Positions 38,955-49,188 are shown, counted from the first letter of the whole stretch. The stretch is 62,450 nt of DNA, filler included, from an uncultured Methanosarcinales archaeon (GCA_964593285.1; 3 parts of 3 records of this genome joined end to end with filler, not necessarily neighbours in it), one strand, 5' to 3'. Numbers and translations are program-made. The notes: generated from the letters alone by a model not told the origin.

Positions 38955-39062
38955 TTTTATTTTTATAATTCTAAGTATTATTTTTCACTTAGTATAATTT
39001 TTTAAAATTTTTATAGGTATATATTTTATTAAAATATTTTTATAAAAAAATTAAAAGAAATA

Positions 39063-39482
39063 TTATTTTTCTAATAATGACAATATTTTATCAAGCTTTT
39101 TATTTATTTCACTTAAATTATCATTTGAATTTTTAGAGCCATTTGATCTATTGGAATCACTTTTGCTTGGTTTTCCTCTAAAGCATTCGCTACAATAAAC
39201 TGGTTTACCTGCTGTTGGTTTAAATGGAACCTCGCATTGTTTTCCACAACCATCACATGTAACTTTAAATTTATCTTTAAATTCTTTATCTCTACTTTTA
39301 AAATTACTTTTACCACTGCTTTTTCCTCTACGATCTCGACTTTCATTAAAATCTTTTCCTCTAAAACTACTTTTAGATGAATCTCTATTACCTGTCCTAG
39401 GTCTACTTGATGATTCTCTACTTCTTTGAAAGCCACCAGTGCCTTTTGAACTAGTAAATTTTTTTCTTCTGTCAATTCCCAT
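39063..39482 (-). CDS. CxxC-x17-CxxC zinc-finger protein with Arg/Ser/Gly-rich regions
   Basis: CDGCGKQCEVPFKPTAGKPVYCSECF; C-terminal INKKLDKIL. Confidence 0.9.
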   Translation of the reverse strand: MGIDRRKKFTSSKGTGGFQRSRESSSRPRTGNRDSSKSSFRGKDFNESRDRRGKSSGKSNFKSRDKEFKDKFKVTCDGCGKQCEVPFKPTAGKPVYCSECFRGKPSKSDSNRSNGSKNSNDNLSEINKKLDKILSLLEK

Positions 39483-39580
39483 ATTGTTGGATAATTTAGA
39501 GTAGTATATAAAACTATTGTATTGGATTTTTTCTTTAGATTAAAAAAAATTTATAAATGATAAAAATTTAAAACAAAAAT

Positions 39581-39742
39581 ATGCAAAAAAATAATGAAGA
39601 ATTTATTTCAAAAAAAGAATTTAAAGAAGAAATTAATAAATTAAGGCGTAAAATAATTAAACATAATTGGTTTAATTCTTTTTTATCGGTTCTAGGTCAC
39701 ATTATTTTAATTTATTTAATACATCTAATAATTACAGGATAA
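39581..39742 (+). CDS. Small putative membrane protein (53 aa), not in ORF track
   Basis: MQKNNEEFISKKEFKEEINKLRRKIIKHNWFNSFLSVLGHIILIYLIHLIITG*; TTTATAAA box about 25 nt upstream. Confidence 0.5.
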   Translation: MQKNNEEFISKKEFKEEINKLRRKIIKHNWFNSFLSVLGHIILIYLIHLIITG

Positions 39743-39793
39743 TTTCTTTAAAAATAGAATAAATTTATAACACACCTAAACTATCTAAATAAA

Positions 39794-40912
39794 ATGAGCA
39801 ATAATTTATTTAATAATCTTGGAATAACTGATAAATTAACTAAAATATTGTCTAGTTTAAATTATAAAACACCAACAGATATTCAAAAAGAAATAATTCC
39901 AATAGCTTTAAAGAGTAAAAATATAGTATTTACATCTCAAACAGGAAGTGGAAAAACTCTTGCATATACTATTCCTTTTTTAAATAAAATTAATACAAAA
40001 GAGAAAATACAAATGCTAATAATTGCTCCAACAAGAGAATTATCAATTCAAATATATAAAGAATTAACAAAAATTTGTGAATCTTTAAAAATTAATGTTG
40101 GTGCATTGTATGGTGGCAGAGATAAAAATTTAGATTATAAAACAATTAGTAAAAAAATCCATATACTTATTGGAACTCCTGGTAGAATTGTTGAGCATAT
40201 TAATGAAAAAAATATTAAGGTTGGAGATGTTAAATATTTAGTTTTTGATGAAAGTGATCAAATGTTTGACAATGGTTTTTTTAATGAATGTGCATATATA
40301 ATTAAAAGAGTTAGTCGTATTTCAAAAATAATTTTATCTTCTGCAACAATTACTGATAAAGTAAAAAATTTTATTGAAAATAAAATTCAAGATTATGAAT
40401 TTAAGGAAATTGGCATTAAAATTCCAAAACGAATTAATCAAGAAATAGTATTTTGTGAAATTTTAGAAAAAAATGATTTATTAGTAAAATATTTTAAAAA
40501 TAAAAAAATAAAAAAAGCATTAGTTTTTTGTAATACTAAAAATAAATGTTATACTATAACTAATCATTTAATGCAAAATAAAATTCATGCAAAAGAGATG
40601 AATTCTAACCTTGAGCAAAAAGAACGAGAAAATCATTTAAATTTATTTAAAAGTGGAAAAATAAATGTTTTAGTTACAACTGATGTTTGTGCTCGAGGAA
40701 TTCATATTGAAAATGTTGATTGTATAATAAATTATGATGTTCCAACAAAACAAGAATTTTATGTTCATCGAATTGGAAGGACTGCTAGAAGTGGCAAGAG
40801 CGGATATAGTTTAACTTTTATTTGCAAGGAAGATTTAGAAAGATTTGAAAACATTAAAGAAGAATATAATTTAGATTTAAATGAAGTAGATAAGGATTTT
40901 AAAATTATTTAG
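39794..40912 (+). CDS. DEAD-box RNA helicase (DESD variant)
   Basis: PTDIQ, SQTGSGKT, PTREL, TPGR, DESD, SAT, ARGIH, HRIGRTAR. Confidence 0.95.
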   Translation: MSNNLFNNLGITDKLTKILSSLNYKTPTDIQKEIIPIALKSKNIVFTSQTGSGKTLAYTIPFLNKINTKEKIQMLIIAPTRELSIQIYKELTKICESLKINVGALYGGRDKNLDYKTISKKIHILIGTPGRIVEHINEKNIKVGDVKYLVFDESDQMFDNGFFNECAYIIKRVSRISKIILSSATITDKVKNFIENKIQDYEFKEIGIKIPKRINQEIVFCEILEKNDLLVKYFKNKKIKKALVFCNTKNKCYTITNHLMQNKIHAKEMNSNLEQKERENHLNLFKSGKINVLVTTDVCARGIHIENVDCIINYDVPTKQEFYVHRIGRTARSGKSGYSLTFICKEDLERFENIKEEYNLDLNEVDKDFKII

Positions 40913-41243
40913 GTAAATTAATTTTTCCTTTATTTTCAATTAATTCTTCTTTTTCTATTAATTCATCTAATAAACCAAGGCTAAATTTTTTTAAAAAATC
41001 ATTTATATCAACTTCAAAATTTTGTGCAACAAATTCTTTTGCTTTAGAAAAATCATCTTTAGAATCGTTGTATAATAAACTTTTTACAGATATTATATGC
41101 TTGCAACTTTCATTAGTTTTTTTTAATCTAATTTTATAATGTGGGCAAGTGCATTCATTATTTTTTAAATCAACTTGATAATACTTTTTTTTATTTTTAC
41201 TACTTTGTACAATGTAGTAATTATCTTTTTTTATTATATTCAT
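40905..41243 (-). CDS. SWIM zinc-finger protein
   Basis: YQVDL..CTC..CKH. Confidence 0.85.
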   Translation of the reverse strand: MNIIKKDNYYIVQSSKNKKKYYQVDLKNNECTCPHYKIRLKKTNESCKHIISVKSLLYNDSKDDFSKAKEFVAQNFEVDINDFLKKFSLGLLDELIEKEELIENKGKINLPK

Positions 41244-41758
41244 TTTATTTTTTTAATAAATTTTGCAGGAATTCCGCCCCACATTTCATTATCTGGAATG
41301 TCTTTATTTACAAAACTATTCATTGCAACAATTGAATTTTTTCCAATTCTAACACCACATCTAATATTTGTAAATGCTCCAATTAACGCATTTTCTTCTA
41401 TAATTGTTTTTGCAAATTTAATTTTTTTATGAGTAAATTCATGGGTTAATATATTAACATTTAATCCAATAATTACATTGTCTTTAATTGTAATTAATTG
41501 TGGATAAAAATAATCAAACAAACAAAAAGGTGCAATACCAACATTTTTTTTAATTTTCATTTTTAGAAAAAATCGCAAAAAATGAATTTTAAATTTCATC
41601 GGTAAATATTTTGAGATAAAAATAATAAAAAAATTGTAAAATAATTTTAATGGAAAAATTATTTTTGTCCAGTTATAAAATATATTTGTTTTAAAATTAT
41701 TTGAAAAATATAATGTTTTTTTATCATTTTTGATAAACTGTTTGATTTTTTCTCTCAT
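41240..41758 (-). CDS. Hexapeptide-repeat (left-handed beta-helix) acyltransferase
   Basis: ILTHEF, IGKNSIVAMNSFVNKDIP, WGGIPAK. Confidence 0.9.
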   Translation of the reverse strand: MREKIKQFIKNDKKTLYFSNNFKTNIFYNWTKIIFPLKLFYNFFIIFISKYLPMKFKIHFLRFFLKMKIKKNVGIAPFCLFDYFYPQLITIKDNVIIGLNVNILTHEFTHKKIKFAKTIIEENALIGAFTNIRCGVRIGKNSIVAMNSFVNKDIPDNEMWGGIPAKFIKKIK

Positions 41759-41815
41759 TTTTTTATGATAAATAAAATATTATTTAAATTTGTTTTGGAA
41801 AAAATAGAAAGTAAA

Positions 41816-42178
41816 TTAATTATTTTTAATAATACCAATAATTCCGCCTATCAAAATAAGAATTCCACCAATACCCATTCCAAGAATAATACCAAAACCA
41901 CCTAAAAACGTTATTATAATATAATCTGTTTTTGTAGGATTTTTTTTTAATTTTATAACATAAAATATTAAAATAAAACAAATAATTATTCCAATAATTG
42001 AAGTTATTAAATTAAATTTTAATAAAAGTTCAAAATTAAATCCAAAAGAACTAAAAAAATTATCAAATTCTTGATTTATTGTCTTAAAAAGGAGATAGTG
42101 AATTATTCCAAAAATTGATCCAAAAAAACCTAATATTATGCCAATTAATGTTAAAATAAACGGAATTTTTGATTTCAT
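41816..42178 (-). CDS. Small multi-pass membrane protein
   Basis: Gly-rich TM helices (IGGILILIGGIIG). Confidence 0.65.
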   Translation of the reverse strand: MKSKIPFILTLIGIILGFFGSIFGIIHYLLFKTINQEFDNFFSSFGFNFELLLKFNLITSIIGIIICFILIFYVIKLKKNPTKTDYIIITFLGGFGIILGMGIGGILILIGGIIGIIKNN

Positions 42179-42281
42179 TTTTTTTTGTAAAATGGATTTT
42201 TATTTAAAAATTTCTATTTGTAATTTTTTGTTACTACTTAAGGGAAACATTTTTAAATTGACCTTGTTTTCAAAAATTATT

Positions 42282-42903
42282 ATGGAACAAATAAAAAATG
42301 CATTTAAAAAAGTTAAAAAAGATATAAATTATATTAATGAACGTATTGATTTACTTGAATCTAATTTAGATGTTAAAAATATTTGCAGTAAAATTGTAAA
42401 AGAAGAATTAGCAAAAGAAAAGGAAAAATTTGGATTAAATGCTGATATAGTTAAATTAAAAGAAGAAAATGAATTACTTAAAAATGAGTTTGAAGTTAGA
42501 CTTTCTGATTTTGAAATTCGAATGAATGAAAATTTAAAGAATGATAAATCTAATGATTTGATAAAAGAAATAGATGAATTGAAGCAACAAATAACTGAAT
42601 TAAAACAAGATACTTTTGAAAATAATAATTTAAAAAAATCTATTAAAGAAATAAAAAGCGAAAATAAAAAAAATATTTTAAAAATTAAAAAGCTTGAAGA
42701 AAATATTAATGATATTAAAAAAGACAATCGGCAAATAATTAAAGATATAAAAAATAGTCACTTAAAAATTATTAAAAATTTAAATGATAAAAAAATAAAA
42801 AAAGATGTTGTAAAAAATACAAAAAAAATAATAAAACAAAAGAAAAAAAAATACCCAAGGTTTTTTTGATAAGATTGCTGAAAGTTTATCTGATGAAAAA
42901 TGA
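42282..42903 (+). CDS. Coiled-coil protein with a probable homopolymer frameshift near the 3' end
   Basis: MEQIKNAFKKVKKDI start. The frame stops at 42869, but a shifted frame gives TQGFFDKIAESLSDEK* ending in an ATGA overlap with the next gene. Confidence 0.6.
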
Positions 42904-43901
42904 TTACTAAAAGGTTTGTTAAGATATTATTTATTATTACTTTAATTTTACTGGTTTTAAATATTGTAATGATTCCAATATATTATCATTATTCTTTTTT
43001 TATTATGCTCTTATTTTTTATTTTAATAATTTTATTTTTATATTTTAGAAAAAGTTATTATAAAAAAACTAAAAATAAATCGTTTTGGTTTAAATTAAGT
43101 TATATATTAACAATTTTTATTCCATTATTTATATTATTATTTTTTATTTATCTAAATTTTAATCCATTTTATGAAGTTATTAATGTTGGATTTATTGGTG
43201 ATACTAGTGGTGTTGTTTTTTTAGAAGAAAATGAAAATTTAAATGATAGAGAAAAAACTTTATTTAGTTCTTATAGAATGCTAGATGGTCTTGTTTATGC
43301 GGTATATAATTCATCTTTTGATAATTTAAAGGTATCTATTAAGGGTGATGATGTTTATTTAATTAAAAAACCAAAAATGATTGATTATATAAAATTAGAT
43401 TATGAAAATTTAGATGCATTTGATAATTTTAATAATTCGCGTGATTTAATAATGTTGATAGATGATTGTTTGTATTTTGATAAAACTATTTATTTTAGAT
43501 ATTTTGCTGATTCGTTTAGTTTGTCATTTGAATTTTTAATTGAAGATTTTAATGATTTACAAACATTAATTAGTAATGATGATTTTGAAGTTATTTTAGA
43601 TAATGGCTTTATTTATCTTGATGATTTTAGTTATAATGTTACTAAATCTTATAATGAATTAATGATTATTTATGATGAGGATGTTGAATTATTTATTAAT
43701 GATGAATTTGTTGGTATTAGTAGTTTAAATAATAAAAGTGAAGAAATTTTTATAGGAAAAGATTTTATTGGAAGTGTTTGTAACATTAAATTTACAGATG
43801 AAATTTTAAATTCTAAAGTTTTAAAAGCAGAATATAATACTTCAAAAATACCAATTATTGGATTTAATGGTAAATTTGAGAAATTGAAAATAAAAAAATA
43901 A
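42900..43901 (+). CDS. Membrane protein with an extracellular beta-rich (LamG-like) region
   Basis: Three N-terminal TMs; VELFIND..IFIG..FIGSV pattern. Confidence 0.5.
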   Translation: MITKRFVKILFIITLILLVLNIVMIPIYYHYSFFIMLLFFILIILFLYFRKSYYKKTKNKSFWFKLSYILTIFIPLFILLFFIYLNFNPFYEVINVGFIGDTSGVVFLEENENLNDREKTLFSSYRMLDGLVYAVYNSSFDNLKVSIKGDDVYLIKKPKMIDYIKLDYENLDAFDNFNNSRDLIMLIDDCLYFDKTIYFRYFADSFSLSFEFLIEDFNDLQTLISNDDFEVILDNGFIYLDDFSYNVTKSYNELMIIYDEDVELFINDEFVGISSLNNKSEEIFIGKDFIGSVCNIKFTDEILNSKVLKAEYNTSKIPIIGFNGKFEKLKIKK

Positions 43902-44090
43902 GAATTTATTGTCTTTGTTTTTCTGTTAAGTTAATGTTAATAATATTTTTTAAAGAATATATGCAAAATGTTTATTTTAAATTATTACAGATTTTGATAA
44001 AATTTATTTAATATCATTAAAAAACAGAAAGCATTTCAAAAAAAATATTAAAACAAAATATTTATAAATATATAATTCAATAAAATAAAT

Positions 44091-44490
44091 ATGAATGAAA
44101 TAAAATATCCAAGCTGTGAAAAAATTATTAAATTGAACCATTTTATTTTAACATTTATCAAAGTTAAAAAAGCTGATAAATCAGAAGTATTAAGTTATGC
44201 AAAATTAAAAAATTCTTTGAATTATTCTAAGGATTATAATGGAGATTTAATATGATAAAGCTGCTGTCTTAATGAAAGAATTAATAAAATCTCATGCATT
44301 TTCAAGTGGAAATAGAAGAACTGCATTTATTGCAACAAAATATTTTATATTAGAAAATAAGGCTAAATTTAAAATAAAAAATGTTGAATCTAATGCAAGA
44401 ATTATGCAAGGAATAAGGGAAAATTATTATTCTTTGAATGAAATTAAGGAGTGGATTAAAAATGGTGAAATCAAACCTTTCAAAAGATGA
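44091..44490 (+). pseudogene. Fic/Doc-family protein, frameshifted near 44250
   Basis: MNEIKYPS..YNGDL in one frame continues as YDKAAVLMKELIKSHAFSSGNRRTA in the next frame. Confidence 0.8.
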
Positions 44491-44578
44491 ACTAAAAATA
44501 ATAATTAATGAATTAGAAGAATTTAAACATTTAATAAAAGGACATGAAAAATTATTAATTGCAATAGGAAAATTATAA
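44462..44578 (+). CDS. 38-aa protein overlapping the Doc stop, candidate antitoxin/partner
   Basis: MVKSNLSKDELKIIINELEEFKHLIKGHEKLLIAIGKL*. Confidence 0.5.
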   Translation: MVKSNLSKDELKIIINELEEFKHLIKGHEKLLIAIGKL

Positions 44579-44650
44579 AATAATTTAAAATATAAGTATC
44601 CCATGGAAAATTAAAACAAATCTTTTTTAACTAAAATTTTATTAAAAGAT

Positions 44651-45973
44651 TTATTCTCGTTTATATTCATCTTCAATTCTAAAAATATCATCTTCACCTA
44701 AATAATCACCAGATTGTGTTTCAATTATTTCTAAAATTTTGTTTGTTTTGTTTCCAATTCTATGTAATGTGTTTTTTTCAATGTATGTTCCTTCATTTTC
44801 TTTTAACTCTAATTCCTTATCACCATTGACAACATAGGCATTACCTTTAATTACAACCCAATGTTCACTTCTCTTAAAGTGTTTTTGTAAACTTAATATT
44901 TTTCCGGGAAGTATAGTTAATCGTTTTACTTTATAATTGTCTCCTTCTTCTAAAATTGTAAATGAACCCCATGGTCTATAAATAGTTTTATGAAAATTTT
45001 TTAATTCATCAGGAATTTTTTTTATAATTTTTTTAATGTCTTGACTTTTATTTTTTTTACATACAAGCAGTGCATCTTTTGTATCGACTAAAATTATATC
45101 TGAAATTCCAATTAAACCAATAACTTTGTCTGTATCTGATTTTATTAAATTATTTTCTGAATCAATTGCAATAATTTTAGTGTTTGATAAATTATTATTA
45201 TCATCTTTTTTAAATGCTTCAAAAATACTATCAAATGAGCCTAAGTCAATCCATGAAATATCTAAAGGGATTACTTCTAAATTTTTTGCATTCTCTAAAA
45301 TTCCATAATCAACAGAAATTGAAGGTAAATTATTATAATCAATTTCACTTCCAAGAGTAAAATCATATAAAACTTTTGAACTTTTTTTTAATTCATCTAA
45401 AAAAGATTTTTTTGGAAAATAGAAAAATCCACTATTCCATAAATATCCTTGTTTTAGATATTTTTTAGCTGTTTTTTCATCTGGTTTTTCTTTAAATTCA
45501 ATTACTTTTCCGTTTTCATGTTTAATATAACCATATCCTGTATGTGCACTTGTTGGTTTAATTCCATAGGTTACTAAATTTTGACTTTTAGTACATTTTA
45601 ATGTTTTAACAAATTTATCTTCATCAATAATCATATGATCAGCTGGAAGAATAACTGCATCTTCTGTTACATATTTCATTGCATAACAAATTGCTGGAAG
45701 AGTATTTTTAGCACATTTTTCAATTAGTATATTGCTTTCAGGATAATTTATATTTAATTCTTCAATTTGACCCATACATAAAAATTTATGTTTTTCATTT
45801 GTTACAATTATTATGTCTTTTAAATCTGAAATTTTAATTGCCCTAAGAAAAGTTTTTTGAAATAAACTTTTTCCTTTTAGAAATGATAATTTTAAAAATT
45901 GTTTTGGAAAATATTCTCTTGATAAAGGCCAAAGTCTTGTGCCAGAACCACCTGCTAAAATAATTGTTTTCAT
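44651..45973 (-). CDS. manC: Mannose-1-phosphate guanylyltransferase / mannose-6-phosphate isomerase
   Basis: LAGGSGTRLWPLSR..PKQF, PADH, FKEKP, WNSG, RPWG, SLQKH..RSEHW. Confidence 0.95.
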   Translation of the reverse strand: MKTIILAGGSGTRLWPLSREYFPKQFLKLSFLKGKSLFQKTFLRAIKISDLKDIIIVTNEKHKFLCMGQIEELNINYPESNILIEKCAKNTLPAICYAMKYVTEDAVILPADHMIIDEDKFVKTLKCTKSQNLVTYGIKPTSAHTGYGYIKHENGKVIEFKEKPDEKTAKKYLKQGYLWNSGFFYFPKKSFLDELKKSSKVLYDFTLGSEIDYNNLPSISVDYGILENAKNLEVIPLDISWIDLGSFDSIFEAFKKDDNNNLSNTKIIAIDSENNLIKSDTDKVIGLIGISDIILVDTKDALLVCKKNKSQDIKKIIKKIPDELKNFHKTIYRPWGSFTILEEGDNYKVKRLTILPGKILSLQKHFKRSEHWVVIKGNAYVVNGDKELELKENEGTYIEKNTLHRIGNKTNKILEIIETQSGDYLGEDDIFRIEDEYKRE

Positions 45974-46013
45974 AAAGAAAAAGTATAGATAAAACATTTA
46001 TAAATGTAATTGC

Positions 46014-46113
46014 NNNNNNNNNNNNNNNNNNNNNNNNNNNNNNNNNNNNNNNNNNNNTTAATTAATTAANNNNNNNNNNNNNNNNNNNNNNNNNNNNNNN
46101 NNNNNNNNNNNNN
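46014..46113. other. Artificial contig linker (44N-TTAATTAATTAA-44N)
   Basis: Same structure as 23187-23286. Confidence 0.97.
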
Positions 46114-46199
46114 TTAAAATTAAAAAATTACTCATTTAAATTACATATTGTAAAAACTAACAAATAATATTTATAAATAATCAAAAAAAACAACTAATA

Positions 46200-47180
46200 A
46201 TGACATTAAAAATTGGTATTCCAAGAACATTATTATTTTTTTATTATTATCCTTTTTGTAAAACTTTTTTTGAATATTTAGAACTTGAAGTTGTTTTAAG
46301 TGATAAAACCAATAAAAAAATAGTAAATGATGGACTAAATAAAAGTGTTAATGATTTATGTCTTCCAATAAAAGTATTATATGGCCATATTGAAAATTTA
46401 AAAGAAAAAAAAGTTGATTATATTTTAATGCCATATATTTTAACAACTGATGGAAAATCATATTTATGTCCAAAATTAATAGGTTCGCCCGATATAATTA
46501 AAGCTACATTTGATGATATTAGTTTAATAACTCCAGATATTGATATGGGAAATCCTTATAGTTCTCTTTATTATTCATCAAAAGAATTAATAAAAATACT
46601 TGGATTAAAATCAATAAAATTATATCATGCATATAAAGAAGCAATAAAAACACAAACAAAATTTGATAAATTAATAGCTAAAGGATATTTATTTGAAGAA
46701 GCAATAAAAATATTATTTTTTAACAAAAAAATAAAACAAACAAAACATAAAAAAACAATAGCAATTGTTGCACATCCTTATATTTTACACGATGAATTTA
46801 TTAATGGAAAAATAATTGAAGAATTAAAAAATAACAAAATAAATATTGTAAATTCTGATATGCTAAGAGAAGAAGATATTGAAAAAAATTTAAAAATTAT
46901 TCCAAAAATTCCACATTGGAAACTAGGTAATAGAGTACTTGGATCGAGCATTTATTTTTCAAAAAAAAAAAATATAGATGGAATAATTTACTTAATGCCG
47001 TTTGGATGCTCTTCTGATTCAATAATAAAAGAATATATGCAAAATTTAATTAAAAAAAATAAACCATTTATGACAATTACATTAGATGAACATTCAGGTC
47101 ATAGCGGTGTAATTACTAGAATTGAAGCTTTTTTAGATATAATAAAAAATGAAAACAGCATGTTATCAAATTGGGAATAG
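46200..47180 (+). CDS. DUF2229 / acyl-CoA dehydratase activase-related Fe-S subunit
   Basis: KIGIPR.L..YYPF, CLPIK..GH, CPK, HPY, FGC, LDEHSG..G..TRIEAF. Confidence 0.88.
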   Translation: MTLKIGIPRTLLFFYYYPFCKTFFEYLELEVVLSDKTNKKIVNDGLNKSVNDLCLPIKVLYGHIENLKEKKVDYILMPYILTTDGKSYLCPKLIGSPDIIKATFDDISLITPDIDMGNPYSSLYYSSKELIKILGLKSIKLYHAYKEAIKTQTKFDKLIAKGYLFEEAIKILFFNKKIKQTKHKKTIAIVAHPYILHDEFINGKIIEELKNNKINIVNSDMLREEDIEKNLKIIPKIPHWKLGNRVLGSSIYFSKKKNIDGIIYLMPFGCSSDSIIKEYMQNLIKKNKPFMTITLDEHSGHSGVITRIEAFLDIIKNENSMLSNWE

Positions 47181-48213
47181 TAGTATTGCATCAAATGCAT
47201 TTATTAGAAGTTTAAATTTAAAACCAATTATAACACCAAAATTAAATAATGAAATGGTAAAACAAGGTTTAATATTATCTCCAGAATTTGCATGTTTTCC
47301 GTTTAAAACACTTCTTGGAAAATTAATTGAAGCATTAAAAAAAGGTGCAAAATTAATATTTATTCCAACGCCACAAAAAATATCTGCATGTCAATCTGCA
47401 GACTTTGGTTCAGCACAACAATTTATTTTAAAAAAATATGGGCACAAATTTAATATAATACCGATTAATAATTTAAATCCAAGAAATTTATTTAATGAAA
47501 TTAAAAAATACAATAAAAGTATAACATTCAAACAACTTACAAATGCCATTATTTTATTTACACAAAAATTATATTTACTAGAAGACATACAAGAAAAATA
47601 CAAACTAATATATTTATCTTACAATAAAAAAAAAGCAGAAAGTTTTCAGAAAAAATGGTTTTTAAAAATTGAAAAAACTGATAACTTCTTAAATTTAAGA
47701 AAAATAAAAATTAATTTTAACGATGAATTTAATAAATTAAAAATAAAAGAAATAAATAATTTTATAAAAATAGGCATAATTGGTGATGTATACTGTATTA
47801 ATGAAAAATATTTAAACAATAATTTATTTGAAAGATTATATAATAACAAAATTTATGCTGATAATGGTTGTAAATTAAGTATGTTTATAATACCAAATAA
47901 AATTAATAAATTAGATTATTTTTTAAATAAAAAAACTGAAAAATATCTAAACCATCCAATAGGTGGTTTTTCAAAGCATAGTATAAAACAAGCAATTTTA
48001 TATTCAGAAAAAAATTATGATGGAATAATTCATATATATCCTTTTGGTTGTATGCCAGAAACCGTTGTTAGAACAATACTGCCAAAATTAAGTAAAGATT
48101 ATAAAATACCCTTGCTTCATCTTCCAATAGATGAACAAACTGGAGATGCTGGTTTTAACACAAGAATTGAAGCATTTATTGATTTAATTGCATTAAAAAA
48201 AGGTGATTATTAA
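47149..48213 (+). CDS. 2-hydroxyacyl-CoA dehydratase/reductase-like Fe-S subunit
   Basis: PEFACFPFK..LG, IGIIGDVY, PFGCMPE, DEQTGDAGFNTRIEAF. Confidence 0.85.
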   Translation: MKTACYQIGNSSIASNAFIRSLNLKPIITPKLNNEMVKQGLILSPEFACFPFKTLLGKLIEALKKGAKLIFIPTPQKISACQSADFGSAQQFILKKYGHKFNIIPINNLNPRNLFNEIKKYNKSITFKQLTNAIILFTQKLYLLEDIQEKYKLIYLSYNKKKAESFQKKWFLKIEKTDNFLNLRKIKINFNDEFNKLKIKEINNFIKIGIIGDVYCINEKYLNNNLFERLYNNKIYADNGCKLSMFIIPNKINKLDYFLNKKTEKYLNHPIGGFSKHSIKQAILYSEKNYDGIIHIYPFGCMPETVVRTILPKLSKDYKIPLLHLPIDEQTGDAGFNTRIEAFIDLIALKKGDY

Positions 48214-49173
48214 ATGGATTATTTTTTAGGAATTGATGTAGGTTCAGTTAGTACAAATATTGTTGTTATAAATAATAAACTAAAAATTGAAAATGCATTA
48301 TATATTAGAACACATGGAGATCCTTTAACATCTGTTAAAAATGGATTAAAACAATTACAAGTAATTTTAAAAAAAGATTCAAAAATTAAAGGAGCAAGCG
48401 TTACTGGAAGTGCTAGATATTTAATTGGTGCAATGGTTAATGCAGATGTTATAAAAAATGAAATAACCTCCCATGCAATTGCTGCAATAACATATTATCC
48501 AAATACTAAAACAATAATTGAAATAGGTGGACAAGATTCAAAAATAATTTTAATTAAAAATAACATTGTATATGATTTTGCAATGAACAATGTTTGTGCT
48601 GCTGGAACTGGAAGTTTTTTAGATCAGCAAGCATCAAGACTTGGAATACCAATTGAAGAATTTGGAACAAAAGCTTTAAATTCAAAAGTTGATGTAAGTA
48701 TTGCTGGAAGATGTACTGTATTTGCAGAATCAGACATGATACATAAACAACAACTAGGCTACTCTATTAATGATATAATAAACGGACTTTGTAATGCTTT
48801 AATTAGAAATTATTTTAATACTGTTGGTAAAGGAAAAGAAATAAAACAAGATATTTTATTTCAAGGTGGGGTTGCTGCAAATATTGGAATTAAAAAAGCC
48901 TTTGAGAATTATTTAAAAAAAGAAATAATAATACCAAAACATTATAATGTTATGGGAGCTTTGGGTGCTTCTATTTTAGCTTTAAAAAATTATAAAAAAA
49001 CAAATAAAAAAACAAAATTTAAGGGTTTTAAAATAACTAATAAAAATTATAAAACAACTAGTTTTTTATGTAAATCATGTCCTAATTATTGTGAAGTTAT
49101 TCAATTTTTAGAAGACAATAAAAGAATAGCATATTTTGGAGATAGATGTCAAAAATATTCCAACTTAAAATAA
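48214..49173 (+). CDS. ASKHA-family CoA-substrate-specific enzyme activase (HgdC/BadF-like) with a C-terminal Cys cluster
   Basis: GIDVGSVST, EIGGQDSK, CAAGTGSFL, RCTVFAESD, GGVAAN, CxxCxxxC..GDRC. Confidence 0.95.
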   Translation: MDYFLGIDVGSVSTNIVVINNKLKIENALYIRTHGDPLTSVKNGLKQLQVILKKDSKIKGASVTGSARYLIGAMVNADVIKNEITSHAIAAITYYPNTKTIIEIGGQDSKIILIKNNIVYDFAMNNVCAAGTGSFLDQQASRLGIPIEEFGTKALNSKVDVSIAGRCTVFAESDMIHKQQLGYSINDIINGLCNALIRNYFNTVGKGKEIKQDILFQGGVAANIGIKKAFENYLKKEIIIPKHYNVMGALGASILALKNYKKTNKKTKFKGFKITNKNYKTTSFLCKSCPNYCEVIQFLEDNKRIAYFGDRCQKYSNLK

Positions 49174-49188
49174 AAAAGAGGATTTTAT

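Noticed and set aside
39113..39475. 120-aa same-strand overlapping ORF
   Set aside because: Alternate frame of the low-complexity CxxC-x17-CxxC gene; TTG start and no motif.
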